A stretch of 64,000 nt of DNA from Halocafeteria seosinensis (GCA_001687465.1 LVLI01000035.1:124001-188000), one strand, 5' to 3'. Positions 11,223-25,084 are shown, counted from the stretch's first letter. Numbers and translations are program-made. Notes: generated from the sequence alone by a model not told the origin.

Positions 11223-13083
11223 ATGGCGAGTCCTCCCTCGCCGAAGGTCGTTGGCGTCGTCGTTATGGGAGATGTAGGACGCAGTCCCCGTATGCAATAC
11301 CATGCTAGATCCATCGCGTCTCTCAAGGGTGCACCACCAGTGTCAGCGGGAGCTAACGGCAGTGATACTACCTCCATCACTAGCAGCTCGAGGAACTTCT
11401 CCACCACCCACTACACCTCAGGTCATTTCACTTCCAAGAACAAATGGGGGTCAAACACAGCACTACAGGCAGGATATTACGAAACATGGCTCGTGGGCCA
11501 TACGGGCAGTCCCTGCATTGATGATATCGAGCAATCGAGCAATATTTTCCAGCATCGGATTTCTCCTGTCCAAGCCCCTATGATGCCAGGGGTCCTATAT
11601 ATACTCAGCCGATTAGCCAAGGCGGTGCTCCAGTTCTTGCAGCTATTATGGGTGCTTTTAGTGAAGACACCGCGGTTCGATACTATCCTTGTACAGAACC
11701 CACCGAGCATACCACTCTTATTTGTGGCAGCTCTCGTGAAATACCTGAGAGGCTCCAGGTTGGTAGTCGATTGGCACAATCTTGGGTTTACTATGATTGC
11801 CAAGTCTATGCACATCGATAACGTCTACACGTCTTGGAATCCCGTCATAAGCGCAGCGTACTTCTACGAAAAGTTCTGCGCACAAGTGGCGGATCACCAT
11901 CTCACTGTCAGTGAAGCCATGAAGAACTGGGTGTCAAAGAATTTTGGAGTCGCCGAAGAACGGATGACCGTGTTTCACGATCAGGCGCCTCGTTTCCTGA
12001 AACCAACACCACTCTCTGAGCGCCATCATCTGTTTCAGAAGCTCGGATTTTGCTTAAGCGAGAATGGAGCAGATACACTGTTTACATCCGAATCGTACGA
12101 GGAAGCGCCGGAGGGCGAGACAGAACTGAAAATATCGGTGAGACCAGACAGACCGGCTTTACTTGTCAGTTCAACAAGTTGGACATCTGATGAAGATTTT
12201 AGTATTCTGTTTGATGCGTTGGTGGATCTTGACAAGTATGTCGGTCGTATTACACTCTTTGATGCCCTTCCAGTCTAATCGCCTCGTTTGTGTATGTATT
12301 CAATTCTGTATGTTCGCAGGACGGTTTGTAACAGCCCTAAGAAATTTCCATCTTTTGTAGTGATCGTCACAGGAAAAGGCCCAGAAAAGGAGTTTTATCG
12401 CCGAAAAATTGACGAAATGAGCCTTCGTTTCGTTCGAATATACTTAAAGTAAGCACATTAAGCCTATCTTGTTTATACTCACCCTGTAGTATGCCAATTA
12501 CTTTTTCAGGTGGCTGGAAGCTAGTGACTATCCAAAGTTGCTTGGGGCGGCTGATTTAGGCATTAGCCTTCACACGTCAACTTCAGGAAAGGACTTACCG
12601 ATGAAGGTAGTTGATATGTTTGGATGCAATCTTCCGGTACGTGTCATTTCCTTGGGGTGTGTGTGACGAAGGTACACATAAGATATGGAGGTTCCACAGG
12701 TTTGTGCGATTGACTTTGAGTGTCTCGAGGAGCTCGTGTACGACGGGAAGAACGGTTACATCTTTAAAACAGCAAAACAGCTCTATAACCAAATAGTTTC
12801 TATCTTCGAAGGAAACGGTCTCCTAGAAACCACGAACTCTTTCCAACTTGTTGATCATGCGGACGTTGCTACTTTCGGGGCGAACGCGACGCTCCACAAA
12901 CTGCGAAATTACCTGTTCTCTGAGAAGCGTCCACGATGGGAAGATTCTTGGCCTCTTAAGGTGGCTACCACTATTGATGAAGATCAAGAGAGGTACCGTA
13001 AAGAATGCTTGTCGTTCAAGCAGTACCGTTCAAAAGCAGCTGCTAAGAACACTATTCGTAAACGACCCAGTATAAAGAGGTAA
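11223..13083 (+). CDS. ALG1: Chitobiosyldiphosphodolichol beta-1,4-mannosyltransferase (GT33)
   Basis: Motifs [69 protein letters not shown]. Exons 11223-12235, 12320-12448, 12510-12636, 12700-13083. Confidence 0.96.
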
Positions 13084-13147
13084 AACAATACATAGACGAC
13101 CTGCCAAGCTTTTCAGATATCTTATTAGTTTAACGACAGTTATATAC

Positions 13148-14093
13148 CTAACTTGTTGCTGCTTTCCGTTGCTGTTGGCGCTGTAGGCGTGGATCTTTTG
13201 GCACTCGGACAGACACGGCCTTGAGATAGTCATTGAATGTCAGTGTTCCGTTTCCGTTGTTGAGTTTATCTCCAAACAAGGCCTTCATTTCACTTTCTAA
13301 ACGCTCACGTCCATAGCGGGCATACAACATGTGCATTGTCTCGTCTACCGAGACTTCTCCACTAAAGTCGACATCGTACATCATAAACTGCACAACGTTG
13401 AAGAGCTGGAAAGGTTCTTTACCTGCACGAAGCGCAGCAAAGTGAAGACAGTAGCAACGATGGCAAGAACACAAAAACACAGAGGAACTACATTATATAT
13501 TTGCGCGTTTTCACTTACCAGTTGTATCCTTGATGTTCCTTTGAAACATAAGCTGAAACTCTTCCCAGTCAACGCAGCCGTCTAAGTTTTCATCTACTTC
13601 CCATATCATGTCCTCAATCTCTCGTTTATGTGTCTTCTTCCCCAGGAACGCAAGAGCTTCCTGCAAGTCTTTGGGCTTGATTTTCTTGTCTGTTTTGTTT
13701 TTGATGGCATCAATTTTTCCTTGTATCTCCTGGCAATCTGATTCAATGCGCCTTAGCTCGTGCTCAATATGCTCCTCGGGGAGAGAATCTCCGTTTTCAT
13801 CCACAAGTTTGACGGCTCCAGGGTTCTGTTTGTACGAGAGGATCTTCGATTTCACCTCTAATTTCGGTTTGAGTTCATTCGTCAGTTTATGTTTGGGGGA
13901 GAAATCACACAAGAAATCAAAAACGCGCTTCAGCTCCTTGAATTCGTTCTGCACTCCACACACGGCCGGCCGTAGTAAACAACAAAGCTCCATAACGGCA
14001 CTCTCGCGTGTGTCATGCTAGCAGGACCAGGAGGGAACGTACCTGTGTGACGTCTTTTGGTTCTTCCCCCGAATGGGTCGCTAAAGTCGCCAT
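13148..14093 (-). CDS. EF-hand calcium-binding (calmodulin/centrin-like) protein
   Basis: Three exons (~14093-14043, ~13948-13519, ~13422-13148). EF loops DENLDGCVDWEE and DVDFSGEVSVDE; IEDMIWEVD motif; coiled-coil insert after the first helix. Confidence 0.85.
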
Positions 14094-15250
14094 GACGGTT
14101 GGAAGCTGCTCCTCTGGAAGCTACCGAGTGAACTATGCGCCTGCAAATTCCCTAGTCTCCTCGGTGTGGCGCATTCAGTACAATCATCTAACAAACAAAG
14201 CTCACTTCATCTCATACGGTGTGCAGTGCAATGTGCACAGGAACGCAGTCTACCATGTCGCGCCAAATCCACCGAGGCACAACTTCAACTTGCTTCTGCA
14301 AGCAGTCTGAGGCAACGTGCCTCTTTTGGTACGAAGCATAATAAGTGTAGCTGAGTTCACAGTTGTATATTTACCGCTAGAACCATACAACTAGCTTAGC
14401 AACAGTGAGTGAGAGGTACAGGTCTATGGTTGGATTTTGTATATGTCCGGTCCAGTTTACCGGTAGTTGCGCTTGATGCCATTATGCATTGCCATACCTA
14501 CACTGGTACATGGATGTTGATTCGTCGACTCTCCGCCTATTTCTAGATAACGTCGTGCCTATCCATGCTTACAGTTACAAAGATTTCGCGATATAGCGGG
14601 GCTTAAAGGCAAACGTTTACGGGATGCATTTCGTTCGTCATGGAGCCTCAAGTCATTAACTAAGGATGGTACACGACAACGCGAAAACGGCAGCATCAGA
14701 CTTTGTCTCACAACGGAAGAGAAAGATACTTACAGCGAAAGGAAATCACGGAAGGAGGAGTGAGTACTTTGGATGCCTCCGTAGTAGGGTGTGGTTGTAG
14801 GGTACGTGTACCCAGTGAGCCCCATGAGAGTGTCCATTGAAAATTCGTGACAATTTCAACAAGTGGCATACCACGGTTTCCTTTTGATGTGAGACATCTT
14901 CTTCACTTTTCCCTTCATTTTTATGGTACAATTACTTTCCCTAGGCAACGCATACAACACCGAGGGTTGTCTGCAACTTAGACTGGAAGCGGTGCCGCGG
15001 TGCAAGGTGCATCCGACTTGTGAAGGTGACAGCATCAGGGTCGTTCACTGCAGTCTGCAGAGTGCATTTGGTGGAGCATTACGGTGTTAGTGAGTACAGA
15101 ACTGAATAGGGGACAATGTACTTGTGAGAATCTGATACGATATAATTCTTGCAGTACAGGGAGACGGACAGGAGAGTTTCGTTACTCTGTTTTCAAAGTC
15201 ACTCGCTTATCGGCCGTTAGATCCCTGGGAGGGGAGATAATCATCACATC

Positions 15251-18200
15251 ATGGCCGCGGCTGGAGAAGGAGCAGGCTCTGCTTTGACGGGATGGGAGAG
15301 TGATGCTTTTGATACGGAGGTGATTGGTGTTCGCTCCTCACTGTCTTCGTTAAGCCCACCACCATCTCCGCCTGCTGCCATGGAACAGGCTTCAGACGAA
15401 ATTAAGAGAAGCCAAACACAGGCCCCGGTGGCCTCATCGTCGTCCAGCTCCCAGGAGCCTAGTGTCTCTTTGGGCAAGCATAACAGTGGAACGACCCCAT
15501 CGTCGTTTGGCCAACAGAATTTGGAAAATTCTAAGCCGTACAGCCACTCTAATTCTTCCTCGACCATTGCTGGAGCCATACACAGGTTCAGGAATATGCC
15601 TCCCATGCCCCGCGAAAAACGACAGCAACAACGAACACAGAATCAAGGCTCACAGTCGACTATCACTGGAAAGAAGGGAAAACCCCACTTTTGGTGGCAA
15701 GAGACACCCAAAAGGCATGCAACTAGTAGCGCTTCGCCCAGCAGCGCCGGAAGTGTTTGTGGGACTACGGTCAAGGTTCCCACAGACTCTGGGAATAGGA
15801 CAAGTGCGGCACATCATATCGTGGGTACAAATACTTCAGCAATTGGAAATACTACTGAGACAAAAGATGTGAGCATGTTACGGCCTCCACGTAACTGGAA
15901 AGAGTATAGCGAAGATCGGGCCCCGTATCAAAGCGGATCCTTCTCTGAATCGTTCGAGAAGAGCCACGATGGGAAGAAGAAAAGGAGGTCAATCGAATCA
16001 AGGTAATGTACATTGTACAGCATTCAGAGAGTGCTGATCACAGCTCTAAGGTGTTGCATTGTTGTTGATCGCAGTGCGGCTCGCAAGTCCCTCGAGGAAG
16101 AAGCTGATAATGTCTTTCGAAAGTGGCTTTCCGATGAACATATTTCACGCTCGTCGCAACGACAGTATAACAGTGCAAAGGAAAATATTCATCCCGGTGA
16201 TAGTCTGGATGATGAAATCGAAGATGCCGGGCAGCTAGATCTAGGAGGACAATATAGCCGGGTATATGCCAATACCACTGGCCTGCCGCGGAAGCCTAAC
16301 CAGGCCCGTCGTGCAGGTGCAAAACATGGAAAACGACGTCCCCAATCTGCAGCTGCCGTCGCTGAAGAGTTATCATATGCCTTCCGGGCATTGTTTGCAA
16401 AGTAAGTAGAACATGATCGTGTAGCTTCGTCCTTTTTTGTCTTCTTCTTATTGTCTTATGCCGTCTTACAGCAAAAAAAACCAGGAAGAGTATCGTTTAG
16501 CGCAAAGAGAGACAGGCCCGGAACACTATGGCCGAGAGAATTTTAATGCGGAGATTGGAGAGAATAGTGAAGACGAGGATTACAATAGACAGAGACTACT
16601 GAAAAAGGTCATGAACTCTCTAGACATGTCCGTAAAATGTTATCGCCATTTAGTGCGTTCCTCGGAAAAGGCCAGGAAGGGGAGGTCGAAAAACAAGGCG
16701 AAGCGCTTCGATGAGACGAAAGACGAATGTTCTTCATCCGACTCATCTTTAGAATCGTTAGACATGAATAATTACTGGCATCGGAAGCGGGCTATGAAAT
16801 CGAACGAAAGCAGAAAGGGAAAAGGCTCTGACGGCCCTTCTTTACCCATTGAGGGCTTGGAATTCGGGGTACGTGTAAGTACTCAGATGGAGAATACCTT
16901 AGCGGAGTGTGGCGAATCCAATAATGAAACATCAGAGGGTGTTGGCCGTGATTCGTTTGCGTCCCTTCACGACGCAATCCACCAGGCGGGTTTGCTTACA
17001 CCATCGAGGAATCCACAGGAGAATCGTGAGAAAAGTAGCCGTGATACCCGAGTTCTTGGCAGTCGTGAAACTTGGGAAAGACGGGGTTCTAGTGCGAAGG
17101 AGCACGATGATGAAAAAGGACCCGACAGTAGGAACGGCACTGCAGAATTGAAGTCCACCGAAAGAGTCATGGCTAATGTGGGTCCTGGCCATCATATGAA
17201 GTGGACAGATCTGGCTTTTGCGAGCGTAGGCGAAAGTCCGCAACAGTGTCTTCCTTTCATTCGTGCTGATGGAAAGAGGCATCGACAAGAGAACGCACAA
17301 CAGGAAATGCAGCGCGAAGGGGGCAACGGAGAAGAAAAAGAGCGCGAAGGAGGCACACATTCTGGCGGCAACGTTCCGAAGAGTCTTCGGCAGGAGGTTT
17401 CACACTTTCAGACATTGACTCCCGCTGTTGCGATGGCTTCATACAAACCCGTCGTCAACTTCAGGTATCCGAGACGACAATCGGATACAGGACCTACGTG
17501 GGAGGAAGCCAGAGGGTTAGCAAACTCTAACTTCACAAAGGGAGGTTCCTCCCATGTCGGTACCATCTCTAATGTTGTTCGTTATTACCACAGTACCGGT
17601 TCCGCACCAACTGGGGTGCGTCCAACAAGTATTTTGAACGAGCAGCCTCGCCATTCCTCGAAGGAGAGGGCAGTGAGCGCCGAAGAGCATCGTTTCTCCC
17701 TTGCAAAGGATAACCACAATGCGAGCAGAAACGACTGTACTTTTCATGGGCAAGGAACTGTTCCTCTGTCGACGCTGCAGCAATCGTACAGCAGCCAGAG
17801 ACAACCTCGTTTGGTAACGCACTCGAGGGGTTCGGAGAATCGTAACTTCGGTGACTCGCCTCGAGAACTAGATGTTTCGATGAAGGGGTGGCAACGGGAA
17901 CTACACGAAGGATTGACCAGGAAGGAGGAAGCACCTCTTCCAGAGCCGAGCTATGCCCCACCACATCCATTTCCCCATCAGGATTCCCGTCAATCCTATG
18001 GCACGTACTTGAACATTGCCGAATCACCAATAGTAGGGTCTACGCCGGCAACACTCAGCCCCACCTCTGGTCATTTTGATAGAACGGAGACGGAGAATAG
18101 TGCCCGGCACTTGGCCGGGGGGCCATCGTATCCCCCCAATAAATCACGTGTCGGTTATCCACATCAGGGTAGCTCATACGCTCGTGCACCCCTTGGTGTA

Positions 18201-18335
18201 AGTGATGCAGAGAATCGCCATGCTGTAGAGGGAATGTATAGCGAAAAAGAGTATGTAGAAAAAGCAAAGCAGTTCCTTTCTAGTACAAGGATCTTACGAC
18301 AGCAGATAGAATCGCAGATGTTGTCAGCACATTAG
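15251..18335 (+). CDS. Large low-complexity protein with a PROSER3-like motif
   Basis: Exons 15251-16002, 16075-16400 and 16472-18335 splice in frame. IAGAIHRFRNMPPMPREKR...PHFWWQ resembles, from memory, the conserved RFR..P.SREER...FWW motif of PROSER3. Confidence 0.7.
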
Positions 18336-18726
18336 AAGTTAGGAAAACAACCAAATCCGACAGCATCCTAATGTATGACTGCTTTTCCACCATTTCATTT
18401 CTCTGCACTACACGTTTGCGCATGTATCACCCTCTTTCGTTGCTTGAATTGTGTCTGCTGTGGGAATTACGGGCTACAAGTTGCCTACAATGACAGTTCA
18501 GCTCTCCAGGGTTGTGAAGGTGCCACGAAGGTGGATGGCTCCACCGACTGATTATAAGTTATTTTATTTACAACAGACAGAGGCTTATCCACCCACCGAT
18601 GGGTTGTGTGAGCATACTCGCCATGCGTAGCTTAAGCATCACATCCTTTCATCCCACGCTCGCGAGTAACTAAACCAAGTAGTGACTTCCCCGTCGGTCG
18701 CAGGCAAGGACCCCTGGTCAAGGAAG

Positions 18727-19755
18727 ATGATGATGACCAGGAGGGTATGGCGATGGAGGAGCGCTCCTTTGAAACGGTGGCATGCTGGGACTCCTGTATC
18801 TGCGTACTCGTCGACACCAACCCAGAAGGTGAACAAGCGAGATCGGTGGTATGAACCTACGGCACCCGTCGTCCTCGATTCCCAGTTACGACAGAGAATC
18901 CAGAACACGATAGACGCCTTACCCCGAGTGGAAGTGAAGCCAATGACGGTTCGGAGATCCGATGGAAGCAAACAGCAAAGACGAGCAGCTGTCTTCGTAC
19001 CGTTGATCAATGCAATTCATACGGACCATATGGGTCAGGCGAGGGAGGAGCTCAGCGTTCTCTTCACGATCCGAACAGATAATGTTTCCACCCACAAAGG
19101 GCAAGTCTCGTTTCCTGGTGGACATATTGATGACACGGAGTCTGCTCATGAAGCCGCATTGCGGGAATTTACTGAAGAGGTGAGGTCTTGTGCAAGTGAT
19201 TTGTACTTGACGGAGTACGACGCAAGAGTTTGATGCAGGTGAATTGTCTTCCCGAGCAACCTGTAATATTTGGCAGCATATCTGAATGTATTGCCGTAAC
19301 GGGGACACATGTTACGCCGGTTGTAGGATACGTTCCTGGAACTCTTAATGTAGCTCAGTTGTTGTACAACCGTAACGAGGTTTCCAGTTTGTTTTCATTA
19401 CCGGTCTCTTCGTTAACAGACTATCGGAATTTCTACATGGAAGAGTTACAAGTGCCGTAAGGAATGCCAGTTTGCTGTTTGTAGCTGGATACAGTACAGC
19501 CACTGAGACACCATATATGTTCACCTTGCAGGTACGGAGGGCACCAAAGGAGTCAAATTACGTGGAGTACGACCAACATACCCGTTTATTTGGGAGGTAT
19601 GTTGTTGTTTGTTTCCTACTAGTATCCCGTTTGCGACCGTCAGCGTTTAGATGACGATTCCAGGTCCAGAAAGAGTGTGGGGACTTACTGCTTACATTCT
19701 CGAGGGCTGTTTGAGAGACGTCATACTTCCATCCTTGTCTGAGCAGGCAAAATGA
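18727..19755 (+). CDS. Nudix hydrolase, CoA-pyrophosphatase type (NUDT8/Pcd1-like)
   Basis: AAVFVPL...VLFTIRTDNVSTHKGQVSFPGGHIDDTESAHEAALREFTEEV (Nudix box) and spliced C-terminus IPVYLGGPERVWGLTAYIL. Four exons; start codon uncertain. Confidence 0.9.
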
Positions 19756-20007
19756 GGCTGGAAGACAGCAAACTCCGACCAACCGATGCTCAGGTGTAAA
19801 GGAGTTTGGGGCAGATCCTCGAGATAGTCGGTTTTCAAGACGCGGTGGGGCTGGTATCCAGCAGCACCAGGGGACACAGCCTCTATCGTATTTGTTGGCC
19901 TCGTGTTACCAGTCCCAACAAAATTGAGGGCCTGTTAACCCCACGTTCACGTGATGATAGCCGTATCGATAGTCTGTGAGCTTTCTAGACTCATCCCTGA
20001 AGGGAAT

Positions 20008-20590
20008 TCACGCATTCGCGTGGTCCACTCCGTCGATATTGTTGAGTGCTACCTTGGCTGCCATGCGCATATTGTCTAATTCATTCAGAATAGACTGGCA
20101 TTCGTCGTCTGATACTGCTGGCTGGGTACTTGTAGCTTGTCGCCTCCGATCACAGTCGCGTAGCAACTTGCCCAAAGCTTGAACTAGACGCTGCATAGTG
20201 TGGACAAGCCCATGGCAAATATCCTTCTGCGCACACACAATGAATAGTACGCATTGTACGACACGATGTAGCAACAGGACTCTTTAATATCCCTACCTTA
20301 ATTCTCTGTTTCTGTTGCTCACTCTGACCGACCGCCTTCTCTTCCTGTGGGTAGTCTATGCAGCGCTTGCATTCCTGGATCACCTCATCCAGAGGCATGT
20401 ACGGATGTCGTCGCTCATGACCAGATGAATGTGTCCCCACGTCTTCTTCAAAGGGGTTCCTCGTCTGTAGAGCGTTGGCATCAATCGTGGGAGTTAAATA
20501 TGCGTTGTTGTCGTCCCTATGGCCTTGAACAGCTCGCCTCCATCTTGGAAGACACGATTCCAACGTTTCCACCAGCTGCTGCAACTCCAT
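20008..20590 (-). CDS. Hypothetical helical protein (~170 aa)
   Basis: Two ORFs join in frame through a GT-AG intron at ~20296-20227 (…KQRIK/KDICHGLVHTMQRL…). No recognisable domain. Confidence 0.55.
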
Positions 20591-20979
20591 ACCCAACAAA
20601 CAGAGCCCCCCAGCAGCGTTAGCTGGCGAGCTAGATGATCATTGTGTTAGTAGCAGCATTTACCGGGCCTACCGGTGATACAAAGCAGCTCTATTGCATT
20701 CTCTACTACGCTACATAAACCACCGGTAATTCAGATGAATGTGAAGTTGCACGCGTACTGTCGCGGCGATGCACAAACTTATACAATATTGTGCAATATC
20801 GAGACACTGACTGAGGAGGAGCGAGTGCAATGGGCCAATGGCAAGCAGCTTGTCGGCAAAACGGCATATATCTATATATTTATAGTAGAATAGTTTCGTA
20901 CGGTATTGGCTGTGATCAAACTAAGTGAATTCCAGCTGGGATGTGCAATCAGCAGGAAGCAGAGTGCAAATGGTGAGGA

Positions 20980-22120
20980 TTATGCGTTTGTGGAGAAGCA
21001 GCTCTCATAACAGGGGATGAGATACTTGATGTTAACGTATGCATCTTCTCCACCGTATCTCTCAAAGGTATTCAGGGTATCTTGGATGGTTTCGCCGAGC
21101 ACCTCTACGCTCTGCTTCCTTTGCCCGTAGTCAAACTCATCCCCGGTGTTCTTATTCTTGTTGAAAAACAGCTGCACCAAGCACAGGAAACCAGGAGAAG
21201 AACCAGTGATAGACAGATGGACACATACAAAAAAGTCGACAGGACCTACGTTCAACACAGGCATGATTTGGCGATAGTACGGGACGATTGCTTGCCCAAT
21301 AAGTCCACCTTGAGGAAGATGCACATCAGCTGCAGTGGGATAGCAAAAACACTGTTCATGGCAGGTATACGCGACACTGTACTGAAATTCGTTCGACTTA
21401 CCCACAACAAGTTTCTTAAGAACACGACAAGTAAAGCTGACGATCTCCGCATCTCTGGTATTTAATGCTTGTTTGACTGGTATAATCAGTTGCGGAATGC
21501 ACGGCAAAATCTTGTTACCACCGTAAGTTAAGAGATCCATGATGCCCTGCTTTATGAATGCGAGTTCGTACACTGTTGATTTGGGATGCCTTAGACTTCC
21601 TGTAGACTTACCTCTCGGGCAACAAATTTGTAAGGGTGCTCTTCCTCGCGAAGACCGTCAAAGAAGATGGGCAAGTACTTGTGGAAGTCCAGTTGGGGAA
21701 TCTCCACCTGGCGAATTACTATGCGGTGCAGTCTTTAATGCTTGCTTGAAGCTGTGCGAGGGCCACTTACTTTCCAAGCCAGTTTGTTGTGCACTCCCCC
21801 TTGGTCGATGACGCAAGGTAAATCTCCTCGTTCGTAAAACCGCCGCAACTCGGTGTTTGGCGGGTTTCTCCTCTTCTTGAAGGCACCGGCCTTGGGAGGA
21901 GATGAAGATTCCTCAAACGGGGATTTCTTTACTCTTGAAGCTGCAGAGTGTGTGTTATTCCCTCCGATCCCACAATGTCCAAGGAGGTATTCTCTCGGAT
22001 CTGAAGTTTCGAAAGGCAGAGTCTTCGAAGCACACTGCGCAAAACCAGGTACAACCTCTTACCTTTCTTCCTGGTCGTCTTGCCGGCACTAAAAGCGTTT
22101 GGATCAACTGGTGATGCCAT
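20980..22120 (-). CDS. PACRG: Parkin co-regulated protein (axonemal inner-junction protein)
   Basis: Spliced motifs [92 protein letters not shown]; multiple short introns. Confidence 0.96.
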
Positions 22121-23058
22121 CAGTTCGTGTGTCCCCGGAGGTACAATTTGAGCTCTGGAGCGGGACGTTATGGTTACCAGCCCACTGCTGCTGTTGTTGT
22201 TGTCAGCGAGGACTTACGGTGGGGCAGCAGTGCGATCCAACGGACTTCTTGTCTCCTTGAAGGTCTTATTATTCTCAATCTGTGAGGTGATTCCTTTCGG
22301 ACGAGCAAAAGTCCTGCGGAATGAAAGGGAGACAGACATGACAGAGGGACTGTCAACTTTTCGCGCGTCGGCTGCGACCGAGACTGCCTTGGTTATCCAC
22401 CTCGAGCACAGAAATGCAGCACCTTGCAGCACGACCTTCACTTTGTATGTCGCAGTGGAAAACTGCACACGAAGGGCGCTTACTTGTCTAGAGTAGCCAT
22501 TTTTCAGTCCTGGAAACTTCAATGGAATCCGCAAAAATTCAATGGATTGCAGAGTCTACTACAACTAAAATTGAACGAACAGTGCCACTCTACCAGTCTC
22601 TAGAACACGCGCGGCGTTGTACGATAAATGAAGACAATAGTCACACAACCAACTCATGCATGATGCGCTGTGTTCAACTAGAACCTTGCTGTGTGATGCA
22701 AGTTGTTCAACGGACAGGCCGCTCAGCCGCTGCCGCTGTGGTCGCAAGTTGCAACTTGCAACCTGCAAGTGAGACAGAAGAATCGAAGCACGTTGTCTGA
22801 TGACTTGTGACATGCAAATTTGTGGATCCCTTCAGCTGCATATTCGACCCAAATAAATAATATTTCTGAATACAAATTCTGCATGCTAGTAGCCAAGAAA
22901 CTATCAAGTATTTAGATTTAGGGGTTGAACTCGCATCCGAGCAATGTAGAGGCAAAAATAAACTCCAGTTGTCAGTGGTACATACATGCATATGATGATA
23001 CTTTATATCTTGTTTAGTACGAATGGTATGAAGTGACATTAGATGGTGCCTACGACTC

Positions 23059-23952
23059 TCATACTCGCCCGCTACTGTACACGCCGGTAGAAGTACGGAT
23101 GAATAAGTCTGTTTGGTTCTTCTTCGCTTGTTCATCGTTGTGGAAAAGCGAGTCGTAGATTTTACTCTTTGACCTTGCAGCTTTTGACCTTGAGTTCGCC
23201 TCTTCCGTGACACTAGGGGGTCGGATAGCAGCACTTCCCCCTGCTCCAGAGGCAACCTCTCGATGTCGTTTCGAGTTACTGCTGTGGCTGTGTCCATTGG
23301 AGCGGGATTCATCTTTGGCAACGTGCTCGTCCACTGCTTCACCGCTAGACGCCCCTGAGGTCTTCTTTGTCGATTTCTTTTTCTCCTCGAGTGCTTTCTT
23401 CATTTCCTTCAGTTCTGTTTCGGACGGATTCAATTTCACGAGGGAGTGTTTTGGGAATGTCTTATCACATACAGGGCAATTCTTCTCCATATCATCTGAA
23501 ATTTTGTCGTTTGACGGATTGATTCCTAGTATCTCCTTCAGTCCTTTCTCAGAAAGCACGTGTCCACACTTTCGAATGAAGTAGAACCTCGCTGAGGTTC
23601 CCTTTGCTTCATCCTCTGAAAGAGGACATATAAAGGGGGCTTGCCCATCTTCTGCCGACCGTGCTTGTTTGAGATTTGTAATATCGTGTTTCAGTCTCCG
23701 AATATGTTCAAAACCTGGCAATTTCTTGGACGATAGCAAATACTCCAGAATCGCCTGTTTGTTGAACAAGTTACCGAGATCATCTGCACAAATTGGCGGC
23801 TTCAAGACCTCTCCCGTCAGCGCACACGTATGCCATTTGATCTTGGCTAGCTCGTCCGGGTCAATTTTCTTTCCCATCTTTTTCAATTTGACCATATACA
23901 TCCTGGAGGCTGCAATGCTGCCTCCATCGTTACCTCCGCCAATTCCCACCAT
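23059..23952 (-). CDS. RTF2: Replication termination factor 2 (Rtf2, RING-like)
   Basis: GNDGGSI N-terminus, WHTCALTGEVLKPPICADDLGNLFNKQAILEYLL, FICPLS, CGHVLSEKGLKE, CPVC, KSKIYDSLFH; single exon. Confidence 0.93.
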   Translation of the reverse strand: MVGIGGGNDGGSIAASRMYMVKLKKMGKKIDPDELAKIKWHTCALTGEVLKPPICADDLGNLFNKQAILEYLLSSKKLPGFEHIRRLKHDITNLKQARSAEDGQAPFICPLSEDEAKGTSARFYFIRKCGHVLSEKGLKEILGINPSNDKISDDMEKNCPVCDKTFPKHSLVKLNPSETELKEMKKALEEKKKSTKKTSGASSGEAVDEHVAKDESRSNGHSHSSNSKRHREVASGAGGSAAIRPPSVTEEANSRSKAARSKSKIYDSLFHNDEQAKKNQTDLFIRTSTGVYSSGRV

Positions 23953-24279
23953 TGTGCGTGTTTCTATTCCTTGTACGGCTAGATGCGCCGGATAGAAACA
24001 AGTTCATTCTTTTCTGTAATCCTCACTCGACAAAAGCCCTGGCGTGAGTAGTGATGAGTGATCAATGAATGATCAGCACCGAGTTTTTGGCTTCAGCTTC
24101 AACAGGACAATCATTCCCACCACTTTGTTTAAACAAACAGAACATGGGGCACCGATCGAATCGTTCATTTCTTGTTCAAAGTGAGTGAGGCTTTCTCGTG
24201 GTACGCGCGCACAAACAGAGAGCACGTCCGGTTGAGCTCCTTTCTTTCTTTGTGTCTACATAAACATACACACGGTAGA

Positions 24280-25084
24280 ATGAGCAATAATGGAGGAGGG
24301 AGTGCCGTCTCCCAGCGGTATATCATCAAAGTGGTTGTCATTGGTTCCTCCGGTGTAGGGAAGACCTGTATTATGCAACAGTATACGAAAGGTGTGTGTG
24401 TGTGTGTGGGTGGGTGAACAATCAGAATCATTGCTGGACTGACTACTACAACGAATGACTGTGTACGCAGATAAGTTCCCTCGAGATCATAAAGCCACCA
24501 TCGGGGTCACCCTGGAAACGAAAAAGTTAACTGTAGGAAACGATGTCGTCACGGCACAGTTCTGGGATACAGCAGGGCAGGAACGCTTTGATAGTTTGGC
24601 CAGCTCCTACTATCGAGGGGCGGATGCCTGTGTTATTGTGTTTGACGTAACTGATAAACGATCGTTTGATCGCGTGGGCCACTGGTACTCCAAAATGATG
24701 GAATATGCGGGCGATGCGGAGGACTTCCCCGTTATTTTGTTAGCCAACAAATGTGATGAAAGCAGGGAGAAATGGCAGGTAACCGAAGATATGGCAAAGA
24801 GCTGGTGCTCAAATACTGGCAAGGGATGTCCTTATTACTTTGTACGTAGGACCTGCCACCGCGATTGTCGTTGCGTAGACTGTCACATATGCTTTTTTAT
24901 TTCACTGAAAACGTTCCTGTACTCGTGCACACAGGTATCTGCCAAAGAAAAAACGAATATTGAAACTGCCATGCTGGACCTTGTTGGTAAAGCCAAGCAG
25001 AGGAAAAACGAAGCTCCAAGGTCGGGAGTGCCAGATACCTTACCGCTACAAGAGAGCCCGTCTGAGAAGAAGGGATGCTGCTAG
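24280..25084 (+). CDS. Rab GTPase, divergent Rab7-like
   Basis: Exons 24280-24391, 24471-24841, 24935-25084. GSSGVGKT, WDTAGQERF, YRGADAC, NKCD, SAK and a C-terminal CC prenylation motif. Confidence 0.9.

Noticed and set aside
14300..15240. Possible hidden gene between the EF-hand and PROSER3-like genes
   Set aside because: Only short ORFs with no motifs; treated as a divergent promoter region.
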